A stretch of 64,000 nt of DNA. It comes from Verrucomicrobiota bacterium (lineage in GTDB: Bacteria; Verrucomicrobiota; Verrucomicrobiia; Limisphaerales; UBA11358). The translations under genes were made by a program, and so were the position numbers. Below are positions 53,666-62,156 of this stretch, piece by piece (position 1 is the first letter of the stretch; every line of letters begins with the position of its first letter). The stretch spans positions 1,395 to 65,394 of the forward strand of contig JBEKMU010000010.1 of assembly GCA_049523555.1 (NCBI GenBank). The letters are read 5' to 3'. The notes below the pieces were generated by a model. It was given only the letters and a program-made list of their open reading frames with translations, was not told the DNA's origin and did not search any database.

Positions 53666-54913
53666 TCAGCGAATCTGTTTCGCGTGGTCAAATTTTAAAC
53701 TGTGGAGTCGGAGACGGCGGATTTTTTGGACCTTGTGCCGGGGTGCTCGACGCGTCTTGGCAGGTTTTTTCCGCCTCGTCCGGCTTGGTTTCCGTCTGGT
53801 AATTTTCCGGTCGGGCACGAAAACGGTTTGCCACGGTTCCACCCGGTGTGTGCGCGGCGTGGTAAGCAGGGGTTCGCCGTTCTGCTCCGCCGGTTCCGGT
53901 TCCGGTTTCTGCGCGATAAATTCCGTGTCGAATCCGGCAATCACCGGCCGCAATTCCACGCCGTTTTTGGGCGGGGCGGTCAGCGGGGGTTCGCCGTTCT
54001 GCTCCACCGGTTCCGGTGCCGGTTTCTGCGCGATAAATTCCGTGTCGAATCCGGCAACCACCGGCCGCGAGTCCTCGCCGTTTTTGGGCGGGGCGGTCAG
54101 CGGGGGTTCGCCGTTCTGCTCCGCCGGTTCCGATGCTGGTTTCTGCGCGACGATTTTCGTGTCGAATCCGGCAACTACCGGCCGCGAGTCCCCGCCGTTA
54201 CTGCGCGGGGCGATCAGCGGGGGTCCGCCGTTCTGCTCTGCCGGCTCCGATGCTGGTTTCTGCGCGACGATTTTCGTGTCGAATCCGGCAACTACCGGCC
54301 GCGATTCCCCGCCGTTACTGCGCGGGGCGGTCAGCGGGGGTTCGCTGTTCTTCTCTGCCGGCTCCGGTGTCGGTGCGGGTTTCGGTTCAACCACTTCGGT
54401 TTGCGACCCGGTTATGGCTGGCGGCAAGGCCTTCTCGTCCTGGCGCGACGCGGCCAGCAGGGCCTGTAAATTTTTCTCACCCTGTTCCTGCGCCCGTTTC
54501 CGTTCGGCAATTTCCGTTTCAAGCCGGTTGACCGTCTGGCGCAATTTTTCGTTGGCTTTGATCAATTCCACCCACTGTTCCTTGACTTGCAATTCCCATT
54601 TGTCCAGCGCCTGTCGTTCCGCCCCGTTTACCCGCAAAAAGTTCTTGAGGGCGGAATAAAAGCGCATCATGCCCGCAAGCAGCAGCAGGGAAATCAGGGC
54701 GTAAATGATGTCCACTGTGATTCCCCACTGGGCACCGGCACTAAATGGTTTTACCGAGAGGAACAAGCTCAGCAGCGCCAGAAGTGAGAGCGCACCAAAA
54801 AGCAGCCACCCCATGAGCGTTGACTTGAAAAGCCGGCCCAGGCGCAGCGCGTACCAAGCCACCCCGAACTGCAGTAGCCCCGATGTCAGACGTATGATGT
54901 CCATGTCGTTCAT
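53666..54913 (-). CDS. membrane / coiled-coil protein with ~4.7 tandem 39-aa repeats and a highly basic tail
   Basis: N-terminal hydrophobic helices, then a coiled-coil segment (KWELQVKEQWVELIKANEKLRQTVNRLETEIAERKRAQEQ). Repeats read KPASEPAEQNGxPPLxAPxxNGxxSRPVVAGFDTxxxAQ, and the tail is RRKPSRTRRKKPAKTRRAPRHK. The ORF is open to 55075, so the start is uncertain. Confidence 0.6.
   Translation of the reverse strand: MNDMDIIRLTSGLLQFGVAWYALRLGRLFKSTLMGWLLFGALSLLALLSLFLSVKPFSAGAQWGITVDIIYALISLLLLAGMMRFYSALKNFLRVNGAERQALDKWELQVKEQWVELIKANEKLRQTVNRLETEIAERKRAQEQGEKNLQALLAASRQDEKALPPAITGSQTEVVEPKPAPTPEPAEKNSEPPLTAPRSNGGESRPVVAGFDTKIVAQKPASEPAEQNGGPPLIAPRSNGGDSRPVVAGFDTKIVAQKPASEPAEQNGEPPLTAPPKNGEDSRPVVAGFDTEFIAQKPAPEPVEQNGEPPLTAPPKNGVELRPVIAGFDTEFIAQKPEPEPAEQNGEPLLTTPRTHRVEPWQTVFVPDRKITRRKPSRTRRKKPAKTRRAPRHKVQKIRRLRLHSLKFDHAKQIR
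53850..54400. repeat. 117-bp tandem repeat (about 4.7 copies) inside the CDS
   Basis: The landmark GGTTCGCCGTTCTGCTC recurs at 53871, 53988, 54105, 54222 and 54339, a period of exactly 117. Confidence 0.9.
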
Positions 54914-55038
54914 ATCGGTAACTATTGCCCCGGTTAGAGCAAGAAAGAGGCCAAAAGAACCCTGAGGGATGCAATACAATACGACGTTGGGAAAAGCGCC
55001 CAATCCACCCCGAATACCAGAATCTGGGTCGTGTAGGA

Positions 55039-55842
55039 CTAGGTTGTGATGCCCAACAATTCGGCGATTGTCCAAGTCCTGTCCGTCAAACCGGCGCGAG
55101 CGGCGGGGGTCAAGCCATGCGCGCTGTGAACGCGGCAGAAGTCGAAATGCGCCACAAATAGGGCAACGGCGTGCCGCAAGTTGTCCAGCGTCTTTGAATA
55201 GTCAAGAGTAAGGCGCGTGAATCGTCTGTTAAACAAGCGAACGGACAGGTTCGTGCGTTCAACGTGAGCAGTGGTGATTCTAGTGCGGTCTGGATTGCCG
55301 ATGCGAACGTAGTTTTTAACCCCGATGCAGTCTTGTGGATTCAATCGGCGGCGCATCATTTTGGGCATCAAGGCATCGTGAGCATAAAGTTTGGTTTGCT
55401 GTGCAAAGTGGACATTCTGGCCAAAGGCATTGCGCACCGCTGGCCGATAAGCGTTGAATGAGTCGCTGGTTATTTGGCAAGTTCCCTTCACCCGCTTTCT
55501 CAAATCCAGCATGAAGGCTATTGTGTTCTCGCAACTGCGCTTGCCCGTGAGGTACGCCAAAATCAATTTGGATTGCCGGTCAACGGCCAGAAATGTGTAT
55601 TGCTCGCCAATCTCATCGGCTTGGGATGGGTTATTCTTTTCAAGACACTTCACGAAACAATACAATTCATCTGCCTGAATGGATTCGGTTTCCACGTTGC
55701 AGATTTTGGCGTCCAGCAAGCGAGCGCACTTTTCGCCAGCAACGGCCAGAATCCCCAAGACCGTGCGCCGGTTCAATCCTGTGAGGCGTTCGCAAGCTCT
55801 GATGCCCGTGCCTTCGACGAGCATGTGAACGACTTGGCAGGC
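55039..55842 (-). mobile_element. 5'-truncated IS1-family insertion sequence (transposase ORF 55039..55824)
   Basis: 261-aa ORF with HTH GIRACERLTGLNRRTVL and DDE-region blocks QADELYCFV, ITSDSFNAY and TAHVERTNLSVRLFNRRFTRLTLDYSK. Only ~18 nt lie upstream before unrelated DNA, with an in-frame TAG, and no N-terminal zinc-finger part is present. Confidence 0.7.
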
Positions 55843-55949
55843 TTCCTACAGTGCTGGCAATACAACCGGCGGTTCAGAGAAAGCGGCAAAATTCAAGAAA
55901 ATAAGCGCGGGACCTGTATCCCCGTCTTTGCCGGGCACGAAATCCCGGC
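55843..55949 (+). pseudogene. relic fdh 3' end (copy B of the duplication)
   Basis: Encodes ...SYSAGNTTGGSEKAAKFKKI against the live-gene tail SYSAGNATGGSEEAAKFKKSK. A 4-nt gap removes the stop codon. Confidence 0.75.
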
Positions 55950-55957
55950 ACACGGCG

Positions 55958-57761
55958 TCAAGCCGTCCTTACGGCGGAACTTTTCCACATGCTTTTCGGC
56001 AAAAGGCCGAGAACGATGAATCCAATCTGACTTGCCACAAAAAGCATCAGCCACCGGAAAGCAGCTTCCGTAAAACCATACGAATGCAGGCCGATGCCGA
56101 GCATGTTCACGCCGAACCATGACCAGCTCGTGACGACGTTTCCAAAAATGGCGCAATTGATGAGTCCGCGTTCACGAATCATCCCGCCCCAGCGCAGGTG
56201 CAGGACGAGCGCGTTCCACAGCACGATGATAAGCGCGCCGTTTTCCTTCGGGTCCCAGCCCCAAAACCGGCCCCACGATTGGTCGGCCCAGATGCCGCCC
56301 AGCACCGTGCCGACAAAGCTGAACAGCGTCGCAAAACAGACAATGCCATAAACCATCCGCGCCAGCGATTTGCCCGTGGCCGCGTCCAGCGTTTTGGTGA
56401 ACACGCCGCGCACGATGTAAATCAGCGCCAGAAACCCGGCCACGAACGTGCTGGCGTAACCGAGCGTGACGACGACGACGTGCGTCGCCAGCCAGAAGTT
56501 GGTGTCGAGCACGGCGAGCGAACGCACCGATGCCGTTCTTGTGAAACCGTTCCAGCACGAGACCGAGCACGACCGCGCCCCAGCCGATGAAAATCGCCGA
56601 TGAGTAAAGATTGGTCACGGGCGGGCGGCCTTCCAGCGCCATGCGGAAAATCAAGCCGGTCGTGTGAACCACAAAGGCCAGCCCGACCAGCCACACCGCC
56701 GAGCGGCGCAACGTTTCGGAAAGGTTGAACCACGACAGGCAGGCGAGCAGCCCGGCAAGGACGTAAATCACCATTGCCTTGTAGAACGGCTCCATCTGAT
56801 TGTAGAAAGTTTCGTAGCCAATTTTTTTGAGCGCGGGGGAAAAATTCGGCTGGAGAGACGCGCGATACTCGATTAGTTGCTGGTTGAAGCCGCTCACGTC
56901 GCCTTTTTTGAAGGCAGTCACCATTGCCGCATAATATTGGACGGAGGAATCAATGGTTCCGATGGCGGCATCGGAAATCAGCGCCTTGCCCACGGGCGAC
57001 CAATCATTGCGCGATTGCCATGAATGCGTCGGCGGTACCAGTAACGGCGGGTCCAACTCCGCCATGAACTCAAACTTCCGCGCGAAAACCATAAACTGGT
57101 TGTAGGCCGTCTCATCATATTTCTGGTTGGTCTCCTGCGCCCGCAAGGCCGCCGCGCCCACCGACATCACGCGCTCGTAATCCGCAAGTTCCGCCCCCCA
57201 GTCCTGCGCATCGGCCGGCTCCAACGTGTTTTTGAGCCGGACGTAAAGCAAAAGCCGGTCGTGCATCTTCACCACGGCGCGCTGGAACGCGTCGCGCCGC
57301 ACGTCCTCGATTTTTTGAACGCGCTGGTTTTCCTGATCGAGCACGTCGAGGGCGGGCTGCATCTGGTTCCAGGAATAATGTTTGCCGTCTTGATGTTGGG
57401 CCTTGTCCTTGCCCGGCAGCTTGAGCAGCGCGACGAGTTCGGGATTGTCCACGCGAAAGACCGGCCACTGATCGGCCTGGTCCGGGTTCATCATTACAGT
57501 CGCCAGCCATTCAGTGGCGGGAATGATTTCCGGCCTTTCGTTCCAATCCTTCCACGGTTCGAGGTTGAGCGTCTGCTTGTCGCGCAATGCCAGCAGCGAG
57601 TTGCGAGCCAGCGAATCCATCGGCTGCAACCGGCCGTTGGCGAGCAGCGGCAGGTGCCCGAACCCCGCGTAGTCAAAACCCTTGTCCTTGGGCGCGCGCA
57701 GCGTGCCCAAAAACCACACGGCCATGACCACGGTTAAAATGAGCGGCAACCACTTTTTCAT
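55958..57761 (-). pseudogene. ccsA: cytochrome c biogenesis protein CcsA/ResC, reading frame broken near 56527
   Basis: The N-terminal ORF is coherent up to ...LERFHKNGIG. The C-terminal ORF (VRSLAVLDTNFWLATHV...WGRFWGWDPKENGAL WWD motif) is in another frame. Confidence 0.6.
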
Positions 57762-59065
57762 TTCGTCTTCCTTTTTGAAATGAAACCGACGAGGTGCATC
57801 GTGAATTGAATCACGAGTCCGACGGCGACCATCGCACAGCCGATGTAAGGCGTCAACCAGCTTGGATTGCGCACGACCTGGAGCACCGACGACGGCGCGC
57901 GACCCGCCTGACGCACCGCTTCACCGGCGTCCATTTGATACTGGTAAAAAGTCAGCCCGGCGTAACGCAGCGGGTTGTTCATGTAAATTTCCACCTCCCG
58001 GTTCTCGCAAGTCTGCGGATTGTCAATGCGCACGCGGCTCCGGAAATCCTTGGGGATGTCCGTGCCGGGATAAACGGTGTGCGTCGCCTTGAGCAACGTC
58101 AATGAGAACGGGTCGTAGAAGCGCGTCGGGCGCAGCGTGAAGGTGAACGTCTTGCCGCCGATCTCCACCGACTGGGGCGCGGTGAGTTGGCTGATGATTT
58201 TTCCCGCCATCTGCCGTCCCGCCTGTTGCACATAGCTCTCCTTCACCGCCTCAATCATCGGTGCATCGGCCGTCCAGCCGGAGACAACCCATTCGCCCAA
58301 AGAAATGGTAGGGCCGACCTGCCGGTCGGCCTGGACGCGCGGCAGCGCGTCCCTACCGGCGACGATTTCAATGAGCGCCGTCGGCACGTTCTTGTCGTCC
58401 ATCGTTTTTACGTCGGGGCGCGGAGAGAAATCAAAACTCGCCGCGACGCCGTTGGTGGTCAAGGGCGGGCCGTTTTGCATCATTGGCGCGCGAAACGTCG
58501 GCTCGGAATTTTTCCAGAAACTTTTCACGCGGATGACAAACGGCAGGTTGGCGTTTTGGATTTCGCCACCGCGCGCGAGCAGTTTGTCCGGGAAGGTGAT
58601 GACCTGCTCGCGGTTCGAATCCGCCCCGGTAGTGAAAGCCAGTTCGTAATTTCGGGGACTTTCGGAATACCATTTGGTTTCGCCCTCCGAAAAACGGATT
58701 TGCGATTCGCGCGCCAGCATGTCGGTCGCCAACTGGCCGACGAGCAGCAGGATGACGCCGGCGTGCGCGATTTGGATGCCGATTTTTCTGGTCGTGAGTT
58801 CAAACCGGTAGATGTGCGCCGCGACGAGATTGATGAGCAGCAGCGTGCCGATGAGATAACCGCCGGGCAGCAACAGCGGCACCCGCCGGCCGAACAGGTC
58901 CACGCCGAAAATCAGCCACTGGCGGAAATAGCGCGCCTGCGCGTTGTAAAGCCCCTCATCCACCTGCGCCAGCGTGCCGATGAAAACGAGCACGATGCCG
59001 AACGCGAGCAGCACGACCGTCAGCCGGAGCGACGTGAAAACTTTGAGCAGCCGGTCAACGAACAT
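57758..59065 (-). CDS. ccsB: cytochrome c biogenesis protein ResB/CcsB
   Basis: FTSLRLTVVLLAFGIVLVFIGTLAQ N-terminus, a large periplasmic domain and a C-terminal helix. ATGA overlap with the ccsA start. Confidence 0.8.
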   Translation of the reverse strand: MFVDRLLKVFTSLRLTVVLLAFGIVLVFIGTLAQVDEGLYNAQARYFRQWLIFGVDLFGRRVPLLLPGGYLIGTLLLINLVAAHIYRFELTTRKIGIQIAHAGVILLLVGQLATDMLARESQIRFSEGETKWYSESPRNYELAFTTGADSNREQVITFPDKLLARGGEIQNANLPFVIRVKSFWKNSEPTFRAPMMQNGPPLTTNGVAASFDFSPRPDVKTMDDKNVPTALIEIVAGRDALPRVQADRQVGPTISLGEWVVSGWTADAPMIEAVKESYVQQAGRQMAGKIISQLTAPQSVEIGGKTFTFTLRPTRFYDPFSLTLLKATHTVYPGTDIPKDFRSRVRIDNPQTCENREVEIYMNNPLRYAGLTFYQYQMDAGEAVRQAGRAPSSVLQVVRNPSWLTPYIGCAMVAVGLVIQFTMHLVGFISKRKTK

Positions 59066-60170
59066 GGGGATATTTTGCCGACTGGATGAATTTGGTAAAG
59101 GCTTCCTTCTGCTGTCCGACAAGTTGTTCGTCGCCCATCAATTTGTAAAACCAGGTCTGGCCCGCCTGCGGCAGGATGACACCAATGAGTCGCGCCTTTT
59201 GGCCGGTCTTCGCGTCGGTGCCCGTCAGGTCCACCATCGTGGCCTGCCCGCCTGCCACCTCGAATGTGCTGGTCACCGTCGGGAGATTTTCTTCGGTGAG
59301 TAGCGGCAGGCCGAGTTGTCCGCGCCAGCGATTCACATTGGGGAGCATGCCGCCGCCTTCGCCGTTCAGCATGGCCGCGTTCACGTCCGCCTTCGCGCCA
59401 TTCGCACCGGCGATGGCGTATTCGGCCAGGAGAAATTCCGCCGGCGGCATCTCCTGCCAGTCCGACGGCACGGTCCAAGCCGGTTTCCCGGAATTCTCAG
59501 CCGGCGCTTCCGGGACGGTCAGCGGATGCGGCGGGGCCGCCGATGACTCGTTGAAGGAGACCGATTTCAGGAACCGAATGAACCCGGGTTTTTGCGACGC
59601 GACAAACGATTCTTCGCCGGTCATTTTGAAAAACCAGCTCATCGTGCCGCGCGTCACCATCGCCACCAAAATCCGTTCGCGGGATTTTCCAATCATCGGC
59701 TGCTCGCTCGCGAGGTCAAACAATTTGCCTTGGTCCGTGCCAATGGCGACTGGCTCAGCCTGCTTGACCGCGTCCGGGTCGGTGCTGGGCGGCAACTGCA
59801 CCTGTTGACGCCACATGTTGACCAACTCCAAATCGCGCCCGACGATGGGCAGCGGGATGACGGACACGTCCGCGGATTGACCGTCCTTGCCGGTCACGGA
59901 AAAACTGGCCACGCGCATTTCGCTCGGCGGTTTTTCCTGCCAGCCCTCCGGCAGCGTCCATGCCAGCGTCGGCAATGCCGTTGCCTCCGGCGCGGCCATC
60001 TCACCGCCATTGTCACTCGGATTGGGCGTGACCGTTTGGGTTGGCGGCGTTTCCTTCGGCGCGTAATAAACCTGATTGTTCTCGCGCTTGCAGCCGGGCA
60101 AAAGCCCGACGCACAGCCACAGCCACAACCCAAGGAACGCCAATCGCCGAACTAATGATGAACATTTCAT
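59055..60170 (-). CDS. lipoprotein with an internally duplicated ~150-aa domain, unknown function
   Basis: Lipobox LLPGC. The two halves share W(T)xPxxWQExPPxE...NxWRxQxxLP...WFxKxxGxE...FxxFxxS. Confidence 0.65.
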   Translation of the reverse strand: MKCSSLVRRLAFLGLWLWLCVGLLPGCKRENNQVYYAPKETPPTQTVTPNPSDNGGEMAAPEATALPTLAWTLPEGWQEKPPSEMRVASFSVTGKDGQSADVSVIPLPIVGRDLELVNMWRQQVQLPPSTDPDAVKQAEPVAIGTDQGKLFDLASEQPMIGKSRERILVAMVTRGTMSWFFKMTGEESFVASQKPGFIRFLKSVSFNESSAAPPHPLTVPEAPAENSGKPAWTVPSDWQEMPPAEFLLAEYAIAGANGAKADVNAAMLNGEGGGMLPNVNRWRGQLGLPLLTEENLPTVTSTFEVAGGQATMVDLTGTDAKTGQKARLIGVILPQAGQTWFYKLMGDEQLVGQQKEAFTKFIQSAKYPHVR

Positions 60171-61654
60171 TTCGGAAAGGCTCCAGTATGGCAATCGGCG
60201 CAGGAGAAGTCCAGATAGGTGGAGTCAATGTGATAAAAATCGTAGCCGCCGGCCTTGAGCTGCTCCAGTTGTGCGCCGCTGCCCTGCGCCAGGATGATGT
60301 GGCACAGGTTGCAATCGCTGGCGGGAACCGCTTTCTTTCCGTCGTCGGTCTTGTGATTGCCATCATGGCAGCGAAAACAACCGGGCCAGATTTCGTGGCC
60401 GATATTGTTTGGATAAACCCGCCAATCAGCCTTCATCTCCGGGAAAAAGTTGTTCCGGTAAATCTGCCGCGCTTCGGCAACGAGCCCGTCAACACCGGCC
60501 AGTTTCGGGTAATCGGCGCGCAGGCTGGATGAAATTTTCTGCATGGCTTCGTCCTCGGTCTGGTAAGGCGCGATCAGGACGGCCACGACATTGGACCTCA
60601 CCCACGGCACCGAATGATCCAGCAGCCCGGCGGTGATGGCGTCGTCCACGGCTTCATTGGGCGGAAGAAAACGGTGCGAGGGACGGGTGTGGCAGTCCAG
60701 GCAATCCATCGTGCGGATGGTGTATTTGGCCGGGTCCTCGTGAAAATTTTTGGTCCGGTAAACCGTGATCTTGCCGGTGGATTTTTCGGTGACACGCACC
60801 CACGGGATGACCTGCCGCTGATCATCGGTGGCGATGTATTCGACCTTGTCGTTCCGGCTCACATGCCAGTGAATGCCGCTCGGCTGGCCGTCGGCCCCGC
60901 CACTGCCGACCTTGAGCAGCAGGCGAACCGCGAAGGGTGTGTTGGTTTCGTCAGACAGGTAGTGGTAATAGGTCCGGTCCATGTTCCCGATAAATCGTTC
61001 GGGCCAGTGACATTGCTCGCACGTTTCCCGTGCCGGACGCAGATTCTTGATGGGCGTCCCGACGGGCCGATGATAGGAATCGGTCAGCACATCGTAAAGT
61101 TGGTGGAGGCCGTTAAGCTTGGTCCGCACATACCAATCGGCGCCGGGCCCGACGTGGCATTCGACGCAGGCGACGCGGGCGTGCGGCGAGTGCAGATACG
61201 TGGTGTATTCCGGTTTCATCGGCACGTGGCAGGCCAAGCCGCAAAACTGTACGGAATCGGTGTATTGGTAGGTTTGATAACTGCCAAACGCGGTCACCAG
61301 CAGAAACCCCAGCGAGGCGAGGACAAAGCCGACCAGCAATTTCCGGTCGCGTGGACGCGACAGATCAATCTGCAGCCGACCGGAGATTTTTTGACGCCGT
61401 TGCGCCCACAGACCACCCAGGATCAGCACCAGCCCAAAAAAGAAGCACAGGGGCGCCACCACATAGACCAGAATCCCCATGTAGGGATTGCTGCGGGGGA
61501 GAAATAATTCGATGGCGAACAGCAGCAGGAAGGCAAACACGCTGCCCACCGCCATCACGACGCCGCTCAGACTGAGCCAGTTCTGAAACAGGCCCAATCG
61601 CCGGAGGAATGTTGGATTTTCGTTTTGCTGCATGGGGCGAACCAGCCGGGGCAT
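60167..61654 (-). CDS. membrane-anchored multihaem c-type cytochrome (six CxxCH plus one Cx3CH)
   Basis: Motifs CGLACH, CVECH, CEQCH, CLDCH, CFRCH, CNLCH and CADCH, with N-terminal hydrophobic helices. Confidence 0.8.
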   Translation of the reverse strand: MPRLVRPMQQNENPTFLRRLGLFQNWLSLSGVVMAVGSVFAFLLLFAIELFLPRSNPYMGILVYVVAPLCFFFGLVLILGGLWAQRRQKISGRLQIDLSRPRDRKLLVGFVLASLGFLLVTAFGSYQTYQYTDSVQFCGLACHVPMKPEYTTYLHSPHARVACVECHVGPGADWYVRTKLNGLHQLYDVLTDSYHRPVGTPIKNLRPARETCEQCHWPERFIGNMDRTYYHYLSDETNTPFAVRLLLKVGSGGADGQPSGIHWHVSRNDKVEYIATDDQRQVIPWVRVTEKSTGKITVYRTKNFHEDPAKYTIRTMDCLDCHTRPSHRFLPPNEAVDDAITAGLLDHSVPWVRSNVVAVLIAPYQTEDEAMQKISSSLRADYPKLAGVDGLVAEARQIYRNNFFPEMKADWRVYPNNIGHEIWPGCFRCHDGNHKTDDGKKAVPASDCNLCHIILAQGSGAQLEQLKAGGYDFYHIDSTYLDFSCADCHTGAFPK

Positions 61655-61746
61655 TGCCCTTCCCCGGAATAAACCGCTATCCGTTCAACCGTCGTTGTGT
61701 TTCGGATTTCTTTCCGCCGCCCGTTCGCAGGAACTGAAAAAGTTTT

Positions 61747-62097
61747 TTACTGCGCCGGCTTGAAAGATCGGACCTGTGTCACCAAAGCCTTGATTTCATC
61801 GTCACTGAACTTGTCGCCGAAAGCCTTCATCTTGTCCTTGCCATTTTCAGTGACACCTTCCTTGATGGTTTTGGCGGCCTGGGCATCGTCAAAGGACGCC
61901 TGGACTTTGGGGTCGGTCAAATCCTTGATGTCCAGTTTGCGTCCCATCATCGTGTGGCCTTTGCCGTCCTTTCCGTGACAGGCGGCACAATTCATATTCC
62001 AATTATCGGTCACGTCTGCGGCCCCGGCCAGCCGGCAAAGGGCAAACCCAGACAGAAACGCGAGGACGGTTGTTTTTACGAGAGGCTTTGTTTTCAT
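61747..62097 (-). CDS. monohaem class I c-type cytochrome, secreted
   Basis: Signal peptide plus CAACHGKDGKG. Confidence 0.8.
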   Translation of the reverse strand: MKTKPLVKTTVLAFLSGFALCRLAGAADVTDNWNMNCAACHGKDGKGHTMMGRKLDIKDLTDPKVQASFDDAQAAKTIKEGVTENGKDKMKAFGDKFSDDEIKALVTQVRSFKPAQ

Positions 62098-62156
62098 GAT
62101 GCCGTTAATAAAAGATGCTGAACTGATTTTGTCAAACCGAACGATGGCCGAATTAT

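Noticed and set aside
53850-54400. Regularly spaced repeats that could be mistaken for a CRISPR array.
   Set aside because: The units are contiguous 117-bp tandem copies with no unique spacers. They lie inside a long ORF and preserve the reading frame. No cas genes are nearby.
53702-54659. Plus-strand ORFs (255 aa and 308 aa) across the 117-bp repeat region.
   Set aside because: They consist almost only of repeat-derived Arg/Phe/Cys-rich sequence. The minus-strand ORF is longer and has coherent membrane, coiled-coil and tail segments outside the repeats. The call remains unverified.
55039-55842. Intact insertion sequence with terminal inverted repeats and target-site duplication.
   Set aside because: No inverted repeats were found at the expected ends. 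The transposase lacks its N-terminal zinc-finger part and has an in-frame stop just upstream. The flanking ~110-bp repeats are fdh-derived and diverged, so they are not a target-site duplication.
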